Shown here piece after piece: positions 49,489-63,100 of a stretch of 64,000 bases of DNA. This DNA comes from Patellaria atrata CBS 101060. Its lineage: Eukaryota. The stretch's first letter is position 1. The number at the start of each line of letters is the position of its first letter. The notes under the pieces were generated by a model. The model was not told where the DNA came from, did not search any database, and saw nothing but the letters and a program-made list of their open reading frames with translations. The position numbers and the translations under genes were made by a program. The stretch spans positions 124,001-188,000 of the forward strand of contig MU006103.1 in the NCBI GenBank assembly GCA_010093705.1. Direction: 5' to 3'.

Positions 49489-52400
49489 TCAATCATCATC
49501 TTCCCCAACCTCATCAAGTTCCGACCATTTCGATCTGCAACTGACAGCCTCTTTCCTGACTGATCTCTTTCCATCATCCAATGCAGCCGTCAATCTCTTG
49601 AGTACCTCTCGTCTATATGGCAAGATTGTCTCCGTCTTCAATTGGTTTGGGATTATCCCTAAACACTTGAGTGATTCTCTTCTTAGCTTGGACGGGTTTG
49701 TCTTGGTCGCTGTTATGCTTAGCAGCCTGGTGATAACACTACTCGCGTGCTCCTCTACTACCTTGGGGTTCTGTGCTAATATGGATAGTAGAGTCGAAAG
49801 ACTCGCTTCTTTAACTTCTTCTTCACCTTGGAGGTCAAGGGACTGAAGAAGGAGAGGAAGAAGTGATTGCAGTTCAGGCTCAATAATTGTATAGGAAAGC
49901 CACTGCAGAATTCCTGATGCTGCAATCAGGTAATTCTTTTTGGTCGTGATATCTGCTGAACGGAAAGAGGATGCTAGGTGAGGAATGAGGAGGCTGAAAG
50001 CCTTTTGTTTATGAAGGCTCGAGATGATACAATGATTTTCTTTGGTCAAGATATCGTCAGGAGCTAGTAAAGTCGAGAAACCTCGCGCCACCGTAGCGCC
50101 GCTCTCTTTAGAGTCTAGCATTTCGAGCAGATACTGGAATATGCTATTGATAATAGCCCCATTTCGATAAAGTATCGGCTTTGCAAAAGCGAATGTTATG
50201 CGGATAGAAATACTACTCAGTCCAAACCGCGATATAAGCCCTTCCGGTTCAAATAGAATAGATGATATAGTTGACTTTAGGTCAGCTGTGACGATGTATT
50301 TATTTGTGATGATAGATATCTGTCGTAAAGTGGCTGCGCGTACCTTCGGCGATAGATCCTCAACAGTACTAAATTGGATTAGAGCCTGAAGTAATGGAAG
50401 ACTAGAATACTGCAACGATACGTCTCTGCGCAAAGCAGCTAGTAGGTGAGTCGAGACAATCATTCGGCGCCTTTTTTGAATAGTAGCGTTGGTATTGAAA
50501 GGAGGAAGCATCTCTTGGGGGGTTCCATCTAAGTGATTGTATATGTGTGATGATATTCGTGACTGGAATTCTGAGGTCTGTGGGCGAACGATGTAGTTGC
50601 ATATTCGGCCAACCAGATCAAGTATCTGCTCATCCTCGAACAAGCCTGACTCTAATGAAGATGATACCAACTTTGAGAGAGGCAGTACGAGATCATCATA
50701 GTAGCTGCCAGCTTCGATGGCTTTAACGTTCGGTGACCCATGTGTAAAAGTATACAGAATTGCTGAGAGCAACGCTGTAACATATGATACAGATGCACCT
50801 TGTTGTATGCAAGAGTGTAATTTATTCCACAACCGGAGAACAACAGTCTTGAAGACTTTCTCTTCACCACTCAGTTTAGCAAAGGCCTCAAGAATTGGTA
50901 CGTAGAGGGTTCCATCACTATCTGTATCCGGAAGACGAGCCATAAATGCGGGAAAAGCTTTGTCGATGATTAGTTGAGGTTTCTGATGCGCAATATCCAC
51001 AAGAGCTTGAATTGCTGAAGCTTTCAATTCATCTTGCCCATAAGACTCCTCATGGATGATGATATCGTGAAGTACTGATATAACCTTGGAGATATCATCA
51101 TCGGAGAGTAAGTTACGCACTTTTGTGATATTCAAGAGACCATCTAAATTCACCCTTCTGAAAGACACTTCTTTGATTGGACTTGTGGATATCGCACTGA
51201 GCATACACTCTAGCGACTGATCTTTATATTTGGCCATTATATTCGAAGAGGATAACTCAATCGAATCTCTACCAGATATACCAAGTTTTCGCCAGTCGCC
51301 GTAGACTTCAATATTTGACTTGATCAACTGAACGAGAACCTCGATGAGACCCCTCCTTTTTGCAACGGAATGTGCGGTTTGGTAAAGCGTAAATATATTT
51401 GGTACCACTGCCTGAATTATCATGCTCGATGCCATCTCTGATACACTGCATATCGCTTGCAGCATCCGACCGGCAGCTTGCGATTGCTTCGTAGGCGCAT
51501 CTTCGAGATGTTCATTGCATTCTTTGATCACTGGTCTCAAGTACGCATTCAAGGCACCGGTTGAATTCAATGATAATTGCCTTGCGATCTCAGCTAAAGA
51601 CTGAAGGGCTTCCTCGGCGAGGTCTTCGTCTTGAACGTTTAATATCTCAAATTTTAGGGCATCCCAAAGCGTTACCGAGTACAATGAGACAGTTCGTGCA
51701 CCATACTCCATAACACAAGATTTCAAAGCTTGTAGAACATCTCTTTTTGTGTTTAAAGCAGTTGAATCAAGCTTATCCAGTAGTGCTGGGAATGAATATG
51801 GTGCAAAGTCTCCTGTTGATGCAATGCAACTCCTAAGACGGTCCTTTAGATCCTGGGCGGTGATACCGTATGGGTCATCGGGAGGCGGACGGAAAGTTAT
51901 CGGGAAGTAATTAAAAACAGATTCGAAGAGATCCTAGAAAAGTCATTAGATCTAATATAGATGCATTTTCGTATGGGAGCTACCAACATTTGCGTGGGAA
52001 CGGATATCCCATTCGCTCATCGGTACTCTCAAAATTGAAAAGACAACCATGAGATTTCTCGGATCTTTCTCGCCATCAAAATAGGATATGAACTGTGACA
52101 TGAAATCTGGGGAGCTTGAATGAACGTTCTCGATCGCTGTACAAGATTAGCGGATTACTATGCGAGTCAAATCATATCCCCCAATTCTCTAAGGTCTATG
52201 CATACCCGTTCGGTATTTACTCATCAACAAATCAATGAGTGTCAAGACCGCATAACGTTCAGCTTGTAGTTTATATTGACGCAAAGGATGGGTATGTGCC
52301 ATGAGCCTAGAAATGTCAACATATCTCCAAAGAAAGCGTGTATGTAATAGCATACGAACGTTGTCATTATAGATTTAGCGCGTTCTTGATCCCATTGTCC

Positions 52401-52928
52401 TTTTCCTTCCAGGGCAATGAGACTCCTTGCGCAGGAAGCGATTCCTGCACCATCGTCTGCAATGCGGGACAATGTGAACTCCAACAGGAGGTTTCCTACG
52501 AGGCCATTGTTATTTTACATTCTTTTGATGGAAGAGAACAGCCTAGAGTAATGATAGAGGAAGCTAGATTCGAGGGACAGGGGGATCATACGTTGCTGTC
52601 CTGAGAGGACTTTATTCGGAACGGCTGTCAGCACCTCCGAGAGGTATGATATCGCTGGAAGAAGTTAGTATAGAACCGAAGAATATTTGAGACAGGTGGA
52701 CATACTCTTTGCTCTAATAGATCCATCTTCACTGTTGAGATACTCCCCAAGGCTTTCTATCAGGTCGATAAGTTTGAGCTCCTTTGACTCCAGTCCTTCG
52801 GCGCGTCAGTAATCGGATAACGGAGATTGGATGGAGGCCCACTTACGCTTTGCAGACTGTTCTGCAATTTGAGTAGCTTCCTTTTTGTTCCTGTCGAATT
52901 CAAACAGGTACAATTGGATATCTGACAT
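49489..52928 (-). CDS. MMS19: MMS19/Met18 cytosolic Fe-S assembly targeting component
   Basis: [32 protein letters not shown] and C-terminal [17 protein letters not shown] motifs. Six short introns in the 5' part. ATG at 52928 ([10 protein letters not shown]). Confidence 0.93.
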
Positions 52929-53218
52929 GCTTACAGTATTCCATAGAGAGATGAGAGGTTTATTTACGAAAGGATTCTTCCCGCACTATCATCTCCTAAC
53001 CTAAACTTCTTCCGCGGCGAGTTGAAACCCAGATGACGCACGAAATCCTACGGTGAGACTAACCCGTTTAGAGACAAGTGCGGGGTGGACCTCATTCAAA
53101 ATTTATATTTTCGGTCAAATGAAGATAATTTTTCGATGACTGGACAAAATGTAGTCTGTGCAATTGGCGGGACAATCCTCCCTCTCATCCCTTTGAAGAT
53201 ATCAGGTCTGAAGCGGAA

Positions 53219-54348
53219 ATGGTTACAGAAGCAGATATACCTATGTGCAAAGTTGTTCTCGCGAACAGAATTGCACAAGGTCTCCTCGCCGAAGTTTCTG
53301 AAGGTCTGAAGAAGTTCAATAAAACCCCTCTGCTCGTTGGCTTTCTCTCTAGTGCAGATCCTGCAGCGCGTGTCTACGCAGAATGGACGGGAAAGACATG
53401 TCGTGAAAAGTGAGCCTATTCGTGGCGCGTTCAAAATCTCTTCATATCTTAGCTTTCGTTGTCAATTGCTGATCTCAGAGTCCAGTGGCTTCAAGTTCGA
53501 GCTTCGAGAGGTTGATCGTGAAGAACTGGAAGACGCCCTAATTGCGGCCAACAATGATGATACTGTTGATGGTATCATGGTTTATTATCCAATCTTCAAT
53601 GATCGTCAGGATCAATACCTCCAGCAGATTGTCGATGTGTCCAAAGATGTCGAAGGTCTCTCTCACAAGTACATCTTCAACATGTACCAGAACATTCGCT
53701 TTCTCGACCCACATGCCACTAAAAAGAGCATACTTCCATGCACTCCACTTGCTGTAATAAAGATTCTTGAATATCTCCAAGTCTACAACACCTTCCTCCC
53801 ATACGGTAATCGTTTGCACGGTCACACTGTTACGGTCATCAATAGGAGTGAGGTCGTGGGAAGGCCATTGGCAGCACTTCTTGCGAATGATGGAGCGTGT
53901 GTATACTCTGTGGATATCAAAGACGTACAGCAATTTCACAGAGGCGAAGGTCTTCGGAAACGACGGCACGAGGTTACAGAAAAGCCTGGATGGACACTGG
54001 AGAACTGTTTACCTCAAAGCGATGTGGTTATCAGTGGTGTTCCCGGTAAGGAGTACAAGGTTCCGGTTCATCTTCTAAGAGAAGGTGCCGTATGCATCAA
54101 TTTCTCAAGTGATAAGAACTTTGGTCCGGAAGTAAAAGAGAAAGCTTCGATATATGTCCCAGCAATTGGAAAAGTGACGATAAGTGTTCTTTTGCGAAAT
54201 CTTCTGGTATGTTCAGATCATATTTATATCCCAGTGTTTACTCATAGATTTGCAGAGAATCGTGCAGAATAGAACAGAGACTGATACGCAAGTTGAAAAG
54301 CAAGTTGAAAAGGAAGGCAATATAGAAATAGCAACGCCAGATAAATGA
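53219..54348 (+). CDS. MTD1: NAD-dependent methylenetetrahydrofolate dehydrogenase
   Basis: GIMVYYPIF, KDVEGL, ILPCTPLA, INRSEVVGRPLAALLANDGA and YVPAIGKVTI motifs. Introns 53410-53485 and 54207-54255. Confidence 0.95.
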
Positions 54349-54528
54349 GTTAATGAAAATCTACTAGATACCTCGCATTCGTCCCGGATATCCTCTTATT
54401 TTCCATATACACCAAACTCCTTTTTATGCGGACAATTCGCGTGAACAACAACCATGAACAACGCTCGAATTAGTCCTGGCGATAGACTCGTCATTTATAT
54501 GCGAAGAGGGTCTCGGAAGATAAGAAAG

Positions 54529-55609
54529 CTATGCTTCCAATTGTTCCAATCGCTCCCTCTTTGGTGATGTCTCATCGTCACCCTCTACCAGTGTCGTCGC
54601 GTTATCTTCATCGATATCATTCCTTCCCCTCTTAAGACCCTTCATCTTCCGGGTTTGTAGAGTGCTCAAATCTTGCTTGCCGAGATGTATTCTACCAATC
54701 TTATCACCCATGATATCCGTTTCAATATTTTTCTTAGTCTTAGGCTGTGATGATATATTAGTACTTAATACGGCGGGTATGTCAGGTGCTTACCTCTAGT
54801 TGTTTCGGCTTTTTCAATGCTTCTCTCATCACCGATTCCTCGGCTTCCCTGACACGGCCAACCCTGAAATCCATCCGCGGTCCCATCTCTTCCACTTCGA
54901 CGCGGGGTAGTTTCTGTCCACTCCTCTTCGTTCGGATTAAATATATCCTGAATTTGATCTGTGGTGGTGGTTGTCCATCTACCTCCTCTTCCGCGCTAAT
55001 GTGAATCATGTACTGCAGACCCTCGACATCTATACTCGTCGCATCGTGACCCTTGAACAGATCCAGAAACACACTCTTCGCCAAAGTATACGCGTTAGAA
55101 GTAGGACTATCAAAGAGAGTTCCGGAAAAGGTAATCATCGGTTTCAACCCCACGGCGCACTTTGCATTCTTGAACTGATTTAATGTCCTAAAGCTCTCGG
55201 GGTCCAGATACAACTCCAACATATCAAGTATCTTATACGCATGTGTCCTTATGAGCGTCAAGCAGTGCGGGCGTTTTTTACTATTGTGTCCAAATATGAG
55301 CAACGATGCATCGTTCTTCTCAGAGAAAAATTCGATGCTCGAGACATCCTCGAATGGGTGGATATCGTTCTTCTTAGTGAACTTGATGCATGATGGTCGT
55401 TTCAGGGAGTGGATGTCCGCCAGTGCGAGCTGAACAATCTGCGAACATGATGTCCCGCGTAGGATCAATGTCGTCTTGGGATTTTCGACGACGTGGGGTT
55501 CCTTTTTCTCGAGGGCGCGTTTGGAGCGCGCGTTTTTGGGTACTCTAGCAGATTCAATTAGCAAATACCCTTAAAAGTGTCTTTATAATCCTTACATTTG
55601 TCGTAACAT
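54529..55609 (-). CDS. RPF2: Ribosome biogenesis Brix-domain protein Rpf2
   Basis: MLRQI/VPKNARSKRAL, KKNDIHPFED, SKKRPH and LPRVEVEEMGPRMDF motifs. Introns 55545-55595 and 54745-54793. Confidence 0.95.
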
Positions 55610-55955
55610 AATGAAAAGTTATGGAGTGTTCTGTACAGTGGAACGGTTATAGCATGCCAAAAATTGTTGTTACAATTCGAACTTTTTGGCGGTAAGTCGG
55701 GGCAGAAAACTAGCTGCGTGATAGGCTTGGCGGACATCACATCATATCAATCGGCATGGATTCCCATCTCCGAGGGGGAGGGACGGGAGAATAATATCTA
55801 ATCAGCCAACGACGTCTTTTGTCACCCTCATTGTTTTTTTTTTTTCCCCCAAATTCCATACATCTACTCCTCAAACCTCCCTTTCAAAATCTTCAATTAC
55901 CTTCTTACTCCATAGAGCGCAATTTACGTTTTATCATAGATTTCAAACCGCCACC

Positions 55956-56969
55956 ATGAGCGACGACACAACTACCACGGTGCAAGACATCACCTCCGAA
56001 GATAGCTTCAACTCCCAAATATCCGCTCTCCCCTCTACCGCCCTAGCAGTCCTCTACTTTCACGCTCCCTGGGCAGCCCCCTGCAAACAAATGTCCACGA
56101 TCCTCTCCACGCTCGCATCAACCTACCCCTCGGTCTCCCCGCCCAACATCGTCTTCCTCGCTCTCAACGCCGAAGATCTCCCCGAGCTGAGCGAGCGCTA
56201 CGACGTCACCGCTGTCCCCTACATCGTTCTCGAGAAAGGCGGCCAAGTCGTCGAAACCGTCAGCGGCAGCGACGCGAGTAAAGTGCGCGTGGCGGTAGAG
56301 AAGCACGCGGGCGTCGGGAAGAACGGTGCAAAGAGCGACTTGCCGCCGGAACAGAGTATCAGCAAAAGACCACTCGCGGGGCCAGAGCCAGGGATACCGC
56401 AGCCAGACGACACGCAGAACACAAACGGCGGGGTGAAGAACCTCAGCGCCTACGCCCCGGGGTCTCCGGACCCCAAAACCGCGCCCGAGTACTCCGGCGC
56501 GGGCGGGGAGAGTTCGAAAGAAGAGTTGTTCGCACGGCTGTCGGAGTTGGTGAAAGCGGCGCCGGTGATGCTGTTTATGAAAGGCACACCCTCGGCCCCG
56601 CAATGCGGGTTCAGCCGGCAGACCGTCAATCTCCTGCGGGAGAAGAGCGTGCGGTACGGCTTCTTTAACATCCTCGCCGACGATGAGGTCAGGCAGGGTC
56701 TCAAGGAGTTTGCGGACTGGCCCACTTTTCCGCAGCTGTGGGTTGGCGGAGAATTAGTCGGGGGGTTGGATATCGTGAGTTCCTTTTCTCATCCTTTATT
56801 GAATTCACGGTTATGATTAGGAGGTGTAAACTGACGATGCGGGTTTTTTTTATAGGTCAAAGAAGAGTTCGAAAACGATCCCGACTTCCTGAAGGACTAC
56901 TCCGTCAGCGCAAAGAGGAATGATGGCGGTGGACCTGCGGCGCCGGAAGCTCAGACGCAGACTGCGTAA
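55956..56969 (+). CDS. GRX4: Monothiol glutaredoxin Grx3/Grx4 (Trx + Grx domains)
   Basis: WAAPC thioredoxin domain. MLFMKGTPSAPQCGFS and WPTFPQL...GELVGGLDI motifs. Intron 56775-56855. Confidence 0.95.
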
Positions 56970-57615
56970 TCGGGTTGGATGCATAGGGAATGTGTTACTA
57001 ACAGAATGATGGTTTACTGATGTTACTGCATTTGATACGGAATTTAGAGGTCATGAAGTATTAGATGTGGGGACGCCCTACCTTATACACCCGTAAACAT
57101 CTAACTTAAAAAAAAAAATATAAAAAAATTTATAATCAATTGAACGAAAGTCAAGCACTGCGTGTGAGTTTTGAAGCGGAACTGGAGATGAGATATATGA
57201 ATTCCCCTCTGCGGTCCCGTAGTTTGGACTCTTTCTTCCCCGAGGGATGCTAGTGGTTATAGCACGGTTTGGGAGCGGGAAAGGAGTGATGCCATGCCAC
57301 GAAGGGGATGGGAGTACGATAATAGATAGCATTGCAGTAGAATCACCTTTCAACTTACAATATGCAGATATAGAAGCTGCAAATCGCACCCCGTAACAAG
57401 GGGAAGAGAAGATCGAAAGTTCAAAAGGCGAGGGGACGAGTAGACACAACTTGGCGAAGGAAAGTACGCTACGAACAGTGATATTGTCTTATATTAGCAT
57501 ACACGTCCGTAACCCTACTTTCCGAACGGCGAATAGGTACACTACACAGCCTCCCCCTTATACTAACAAATAGATACGCACCCCCCTCTCCCTTCCACTA
57601 GTACAGTATCTTCAT

Positions 57616-59492
57616 TTAGAAGATATCCACGCAACCCCAGTACTTCTCAACACCGAACTCACCGCCCTCCTTCCAGTGATCGTCCTCGAAGCTGAAAATG
57701 ACACTCCGATCACCAACCTCCTCAACGATACTGAGGATAGCGGCCTTCTGCTCAGCATGACCGGCGCGCGCTTCGCCGTTCGCAGAGCCCTGGCTCGGCC
57801 AGCCGGTTTCGAGATTATACGCATCGAGGCCGGGGCAGCACTCAGCAACCAACTCAAGTTGGTGCTTGACGAACTTGCCCGCGGAAGCCGGGGAGACAGA
57901 GGCGGTGAAGTAGCTCTGAATATTCGCAGCAACGACATCGATGACGCCGCAAAGGGCGCCGGTGTTCTCCTGAAGGATGTTGAGAGGCTCGGTGGTGGTG
58001 ATGGGGCCGGAGTAGCCGTAGCCCTTGAAGGCGACCCTGGCGCGGGTGATGAAGGCCGCGAGTTCGTGACCGGTGGCGAAGTTGTTGAAGATGGCTTCGT
58101 TGCCGACGACGATGAGGTCGACGATGCTCCAGTAGCCGGATGCGCCCCAGGCTCCGATGGCGGTTACTTGTTCCTGGCAGCCCGCGATGCCTTCGGCGTT
58201 GACGTACACGCCGACGATCATGCGTACGCCGTGGGCTTTAGCGGCGCCACCAACGTGCTCGAGGCCGTAGCAGTCAGTGCCGTAGAGACGGAGGGTGGTG
58301 AAACCCTTGCTCGCGAGACGTGCGACATCAGAGTAGACCTCTTCCTTTGTCTTGCATTGGCCGTCTTGCGTGTACGGTGTATAGGTCATGGCCCATTGCT
58401 TGCCGTTGATCTTTTGGTGAACGCGGCCCGTGCCATAGTGTGTCTTGGGCGTGTGAGAAGCCTTGGGTTTGGGGGCATGGGTGGGCTTCTTAACGGGAAC
58501 ATATGGGACTACGCTGCTGCTGGAAACATGGGCAACGTAAACGGCTTCGGTGGTCTCGGGAACCTTGGAGGTGGTGCAAGGGGTGGTTTCCGGGACGTAC
58601 GGGACCGGTGTAGTTTCTGGGACCTCAGGCACGTAGGGAGTCTCGGAGCTGCTCGTGGTGCACGGAGTAGTCTCTGGGACGTATGGTGTTGCGGAGGTGG
58701 AGGTCATGGGAGTCTCATAGGGGCAGACGTAGACATACGAGGTCTTCGTGACGGTAAGGGTCTCCTCAGGCTTGGAGTAGGTAGCCGGGACATAGGTTGT
58801 CACAATGGGATAAACGATTGTCTCTGTTTCAGTGATTGTCGTGGTGTATGCACCGACGGTATATTCACCCGGAGTCGGGCAGACATACGCGGTGGAGACG
58901 ATCTTTGTGGTGGATTCCTCGGGGCAAACGCTGGCGTACGTAGCGGTAATCGTTGTAGCTGCTGGAACAGAGGTGGTATAACCACCATATGTGTGGGTTC
59001 CCGGAACACAAACGGTTGCGGTCTCAGCGATAACCGTGGTCTCCTCTGTAACCGTAATTGTCTTGGCTGGGAAGGTGTAGATACCCGTGGTAGGGCAGAT
59101 TGTTACCTCGGGAGTGGGCAAGAGGCACTCCGTCGTGGTCGGGACTGTTGGGTAGGGCGAAGGGACAATGTAGACTGTCGAGTTCGCAACAGGTGGGACA
59201 GGGTACTCTACACGATGTTGATCAGCTCGTGCTCGACCATTGATATGTTTCTCCAAGTCTATAATGCACCAGAGGATGCTTAGACCAAAGCCTATGCCTA
59301 GTTTGACATACCTGTTGGGTAGACGTATTCCGTGACCGTCGTGGTGTAACCGCAAGTTCCAGCAGCTGGGGAGCTGGCAGACTCGAAGAGATCATACCTG
59401 CGCTGGTGGATTCCCTGATGACGCTGATGGATAGATGCAGTGGCACCCCCAATGAGTGACCCTGCCGTAGCAGCGATCAAAGCAGTCCTCAT
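57616..59492 (-). CDS. btgE: Secreted GH17 cell-wall glucanase (btgE/Scw11-like) with a Thr/Pro-rich repeat N-terminal region
   Basis: Signal peptide MRTALIAATAG. Intron 59208-59311. CPT-G-YT and PYVPETTP repeats. GH17 motifs LRLYGTDC, VVGNEA and ETGWPSQG. Confidence 0.9.
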
Positions 59493-60898
59493 CCTGAAAT
59501 AGGTGGATAATTTTCTTCCGAAATTGGACGCGTATTATTATTAATTATGTATAGAACGAATGCCCGCTGAAAGAGTGAAGCGGTAGTTAATGATATAACG
59601 AGTGACAAGGCAAATAGCCTACTTAGAGCAATGAAGCTGTTCAGGAAGGCTTGAGATAGGAACAGCAGAAGGATGAGACAAAAGGGAAGGGAACACAGAG
59701 GTTTTCATCAATTTGTGAGAGATCTACCTTGCCCCAATTGACACTAGGGTCAGGGGCGTGTTGTCCAAAGGATGCGTATCCCATCATTTAGACTAGACTA
59801 TGAGAGGAAATGAACAAGGCAATGTAGCAAATAGGAGCAATTCGGTAGAGAGTCTTGGTTTTCAAGCGAACAAAAACCATCGAAAAGGAGTAAAGACGGT
59901 TAAGATATGACATGGGAGTGGAAATTAGAAGTTCGGCTTGGGAAAAGTTAAGCAATTGTTAGTCAACTTAGTCTGGGGTATTCGGCATGTATGTCAGGTC
60001 CCAGATCACCCTCATAGGCCAAAATTCAGAGATTCCTCAGCTTTCGAACTCCTTCTCGTTAGCCTCAATTCATCCTGGCTCTTGTGCAGAATCTACCGAT
60101 CAAAACAAATAATGCGGCGCGACTCGTATGTATAATTGTATATAATACCTCTCGCGAAGGTTCAATTGGATAAAGACTAGAGTCAGCCAATCTTTCGATT
60201 GCTCGCCGTATGAGGTAATGATAGAAGGCACGTTTTCTGTTCCTCGTTAGGAACTGGTGAAGTGGTAAACTAGCCGGTCATCATTGTCCTCTGCTTATCG
60301 TCCTAGCGAGTCGCCTAGAGTCCAGATAAGAAATTTGGAAAAGATTTCGAAAAGGAGAAATGCAATGTTCAGGAGCAGTGAGAACCCTCGATCTTCTTCA
60401 AACAACCATCGCAGTCAACTCCCAAAGATCAAGCAAAATCCGTTGTTTCAAGAACACGACGGTTCGGTAGCAAAAGGTCCAAAGGCCAAAGAGTCACAGG
60501 ATCCGGCGAACTCAGAGTCTCTGGTGCAGCTGGTGGCTATGTGCAGTTCATGCTTATTGTTGTTGTCCGTGCCCACTAAAAATAAGAAAAAGGAGCAGTT
60601 CTAACCACGCGCTTCGGATAAGGACAATTAAAACTCCGCCCCGAATATCCGGCCTTTATTTCCACCTCCAAGAAGCGCGCGCTCTATATCTTCAATAGCT
60701 CTTTGTAGCTTCAATAGCTACAGCATATATTGCTTTTGCATTAATGAGGACAAAATATGGATTATGGCGGTTAAAGACGTTTGTTCAATGTATGAGACGA
60801 GGTTGTGATAAATTACAGAAAGGCCAAGCAAGAGGCGTCTGGTTTCGATAGCCCACGACTTCCTGTATAACCAGAACCTCTACCATGGACTTACGGTG

Positions 60899-62511
60899 TT
60901 AGCTATCTACATCGCTGGTCCTACTCTTCAACTTCATCCAGCCATTGACTCCTCTCCCCTTCCCCGCAACCGTACTCTCCCTATCCGAGCCCTCGGGTAC
61001 GGATGAAGGTACGGGCGAACCAGATGTTGGTCCGCTTTTCTGCTCGGAAACACGCCTTTTCGCACCCACAAGGATGGGCTCCTCATTCACGCCCTCGTTC
61101 TCCTCGCCCCATTCCTTTTCGTCTAGTACTTCCCATTCAGCACCCTGCATCTCTGTGAGTAGGGTCGCTTTGACTCTATCTATGACTTTCGTAGGTGTTT
61201 GGATCTTTCCAATACGCATGTATTCCACACCCTCGTAGGAACCGAGGAAGGAATGAGATGTACCGTGCGAAAAGTGACCTAGAGCAGCAACTACGCGAGG
61301 ATCTTTAGAGGGTTCGATGTTTTCTCGGCTTGACGGGTCGCGGCGTAACGGTGGTGCTTGCCGTTTCTCCACTAGAAGCCGCCAGAGATTCTTCCCCATG
61401 GAACATATGTTATCCGCACGATCAAAGTCGCTGTGCATACCTTGACTTCTGCATAACCAAGCTATATTCCAAGCAAGAAGAGTAGCTCCCTCAACGAACA
61501 ATGAATAAGCAGAAGGATCTTCTTTAAACAATTGGTGAAGTATTCTATCAAGAAAGAGAGTTCTTGGACGGGGCATAGGACGTTGATCTAGCGTCCGGGA
61601 AGCTTCCGGACTGTTATTTGAGGTCTGAGTAGGTGTAGATCCAGGGAATGAAACATCCCTGGCGCTATACGAAGAACCTGGGGTGAATATAGTTGGTAAA
61701 GGATAGTCTTTATGAGGTAAAACAATTTCAGAGGGTAACCGCACAGCAAGATAATGCGCAACGCGAACGAGAAGATGAGCCACATGCGTAAGGGACGCAG
61801 TAATCTCCGTATAGGGTGCGCCTACAAATTGTCAATGCATGCTTAACGAAATAATACCCATGCTGGAGACCTACTATTTAAGTGTCTCAAGTCCACTATA
61901 GGCACTCCACCGATGATGTACTCGTCCCTCACAGACCCATCTTTAACTCTCCGCTTTCTTTGCTTCAGTCCTGCGAGACTTGCAGCTTCCCGGCAGAGAA
62001 ACATGCGTGCGTGAACAGTATCCCCATGCTGAGAATCCCAGCGATATCCCGAATGCTTCGTCGTCTTGGATAACTTATTTAGCTCATTTGCGCGGCGAGA
62101 TTCCACCTCATGCTTGGCAGACTCAGCGTCTGACCGACGTTGGGCAGCCGCCGCTTTTTTTGCCGCTATCTCCTTCTTGCTAGCCTCGACCTGCCTCTTC
62201 AGCAGTTCAGCTTGTTCTGTTATGAGCCGTACGCGTTCCTCAACTTCGGTAATCTCGGCGCGGACTCTTTCTAAATCTGCCGTCTTCGCACTCTCATGGA
62301 GATCGAATAAAGCTCCTGATAGTGTGATACTTCGGTTGGTCGGGGCATCAGTATTATTTACAAGCGCTTCTACATGCTGTCCGACCTTCTCTTTATCTAT
62401 GAGGGTTGTGGCGAGAGCTATTCGAACGGGATAGAGGGCAGTTCTAACGCAGGTGGGACAGTGAAACTGAAGTTTGGGAACAGGCGCCCGTTCGCATATA
62501 TCGCACTGCAT
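60899..62511 (-). CDS. ATG14: Autophagy protein Atg14/UVRAG-family subunit
   Basis: N-terminal CDIC...CPTC, coiled coil, LCREAASLAGL, YLAVRLPSEIVLPH and EGATLLAWNIAWLCRSQG. Intron 61822-61874. Confidence 0.85.
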
Positions 62512-63100
62512 CTTAGACTATGTGATGTCTCCGGGAGTGAAGGGTCGTCGACGTTCGTATCCAGCAGAGTTGCGAAATATGGGATGATGTATCATGTTGA
62601 ACTTGGGTTTCTGCCTGGGAACTTAGCGATCCATGGTAGAGAGTGAGATTAACGCGAAATGTCTTTAAGAGTCAGTCATGAGCGTAGGTTGTGTATGAGC
62701 AGCTTTAGAGAGAGAAAGGGTCACGGGTAACGATAATCCGTTTCAGAGGAGAGATATGTGCCTCTGAACCTGTGAGTCGAGGATGATGACTTTCATGTCC
62801 TGGTGATTCCCATCTCCGCCGGTCTTGGCCTAGCGGCACGGGATGGGAAGGTTGTCATGTTTGCACCCGCGCTCCTTCCCATCCGATCAAACACCTCCCT
62901 GCATAGTAACATGTAATGCCTCGAGCAAATTGTCAACTCTCATTCTATAACTTGTACACATAACTCAAACTGCTCAACACGGGGTCCGACGTGTAATAAC
63001 AAACGCTTAATTCAATTGCTTGCTCTCCTGCACTAACTTCTTACCACAGCGGTGATCGTGTCTCTCCAACATATCTGGATCATTGATTCCCGGACGCGCC

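Noticed and set aside
54289..54312. 12-nt tandem duplication (QVEK x2) in the MTD1 tail
   Set aside because: Trivial slippage in a non-conserved C-terminal tail.
57676..59283. 535-aa ORF antisense to the GH17 gene
   Set aside because: It is an antisense shadow of a GC3-biased gene with no recognisable motifs, and it starts at a non-ATG codon.
60284..60604. 106-aa ORF in the btgE upstream region
   Set aside because: It has a non-ATG start and no motifs, and most likely is promoter or intergenic sequence.
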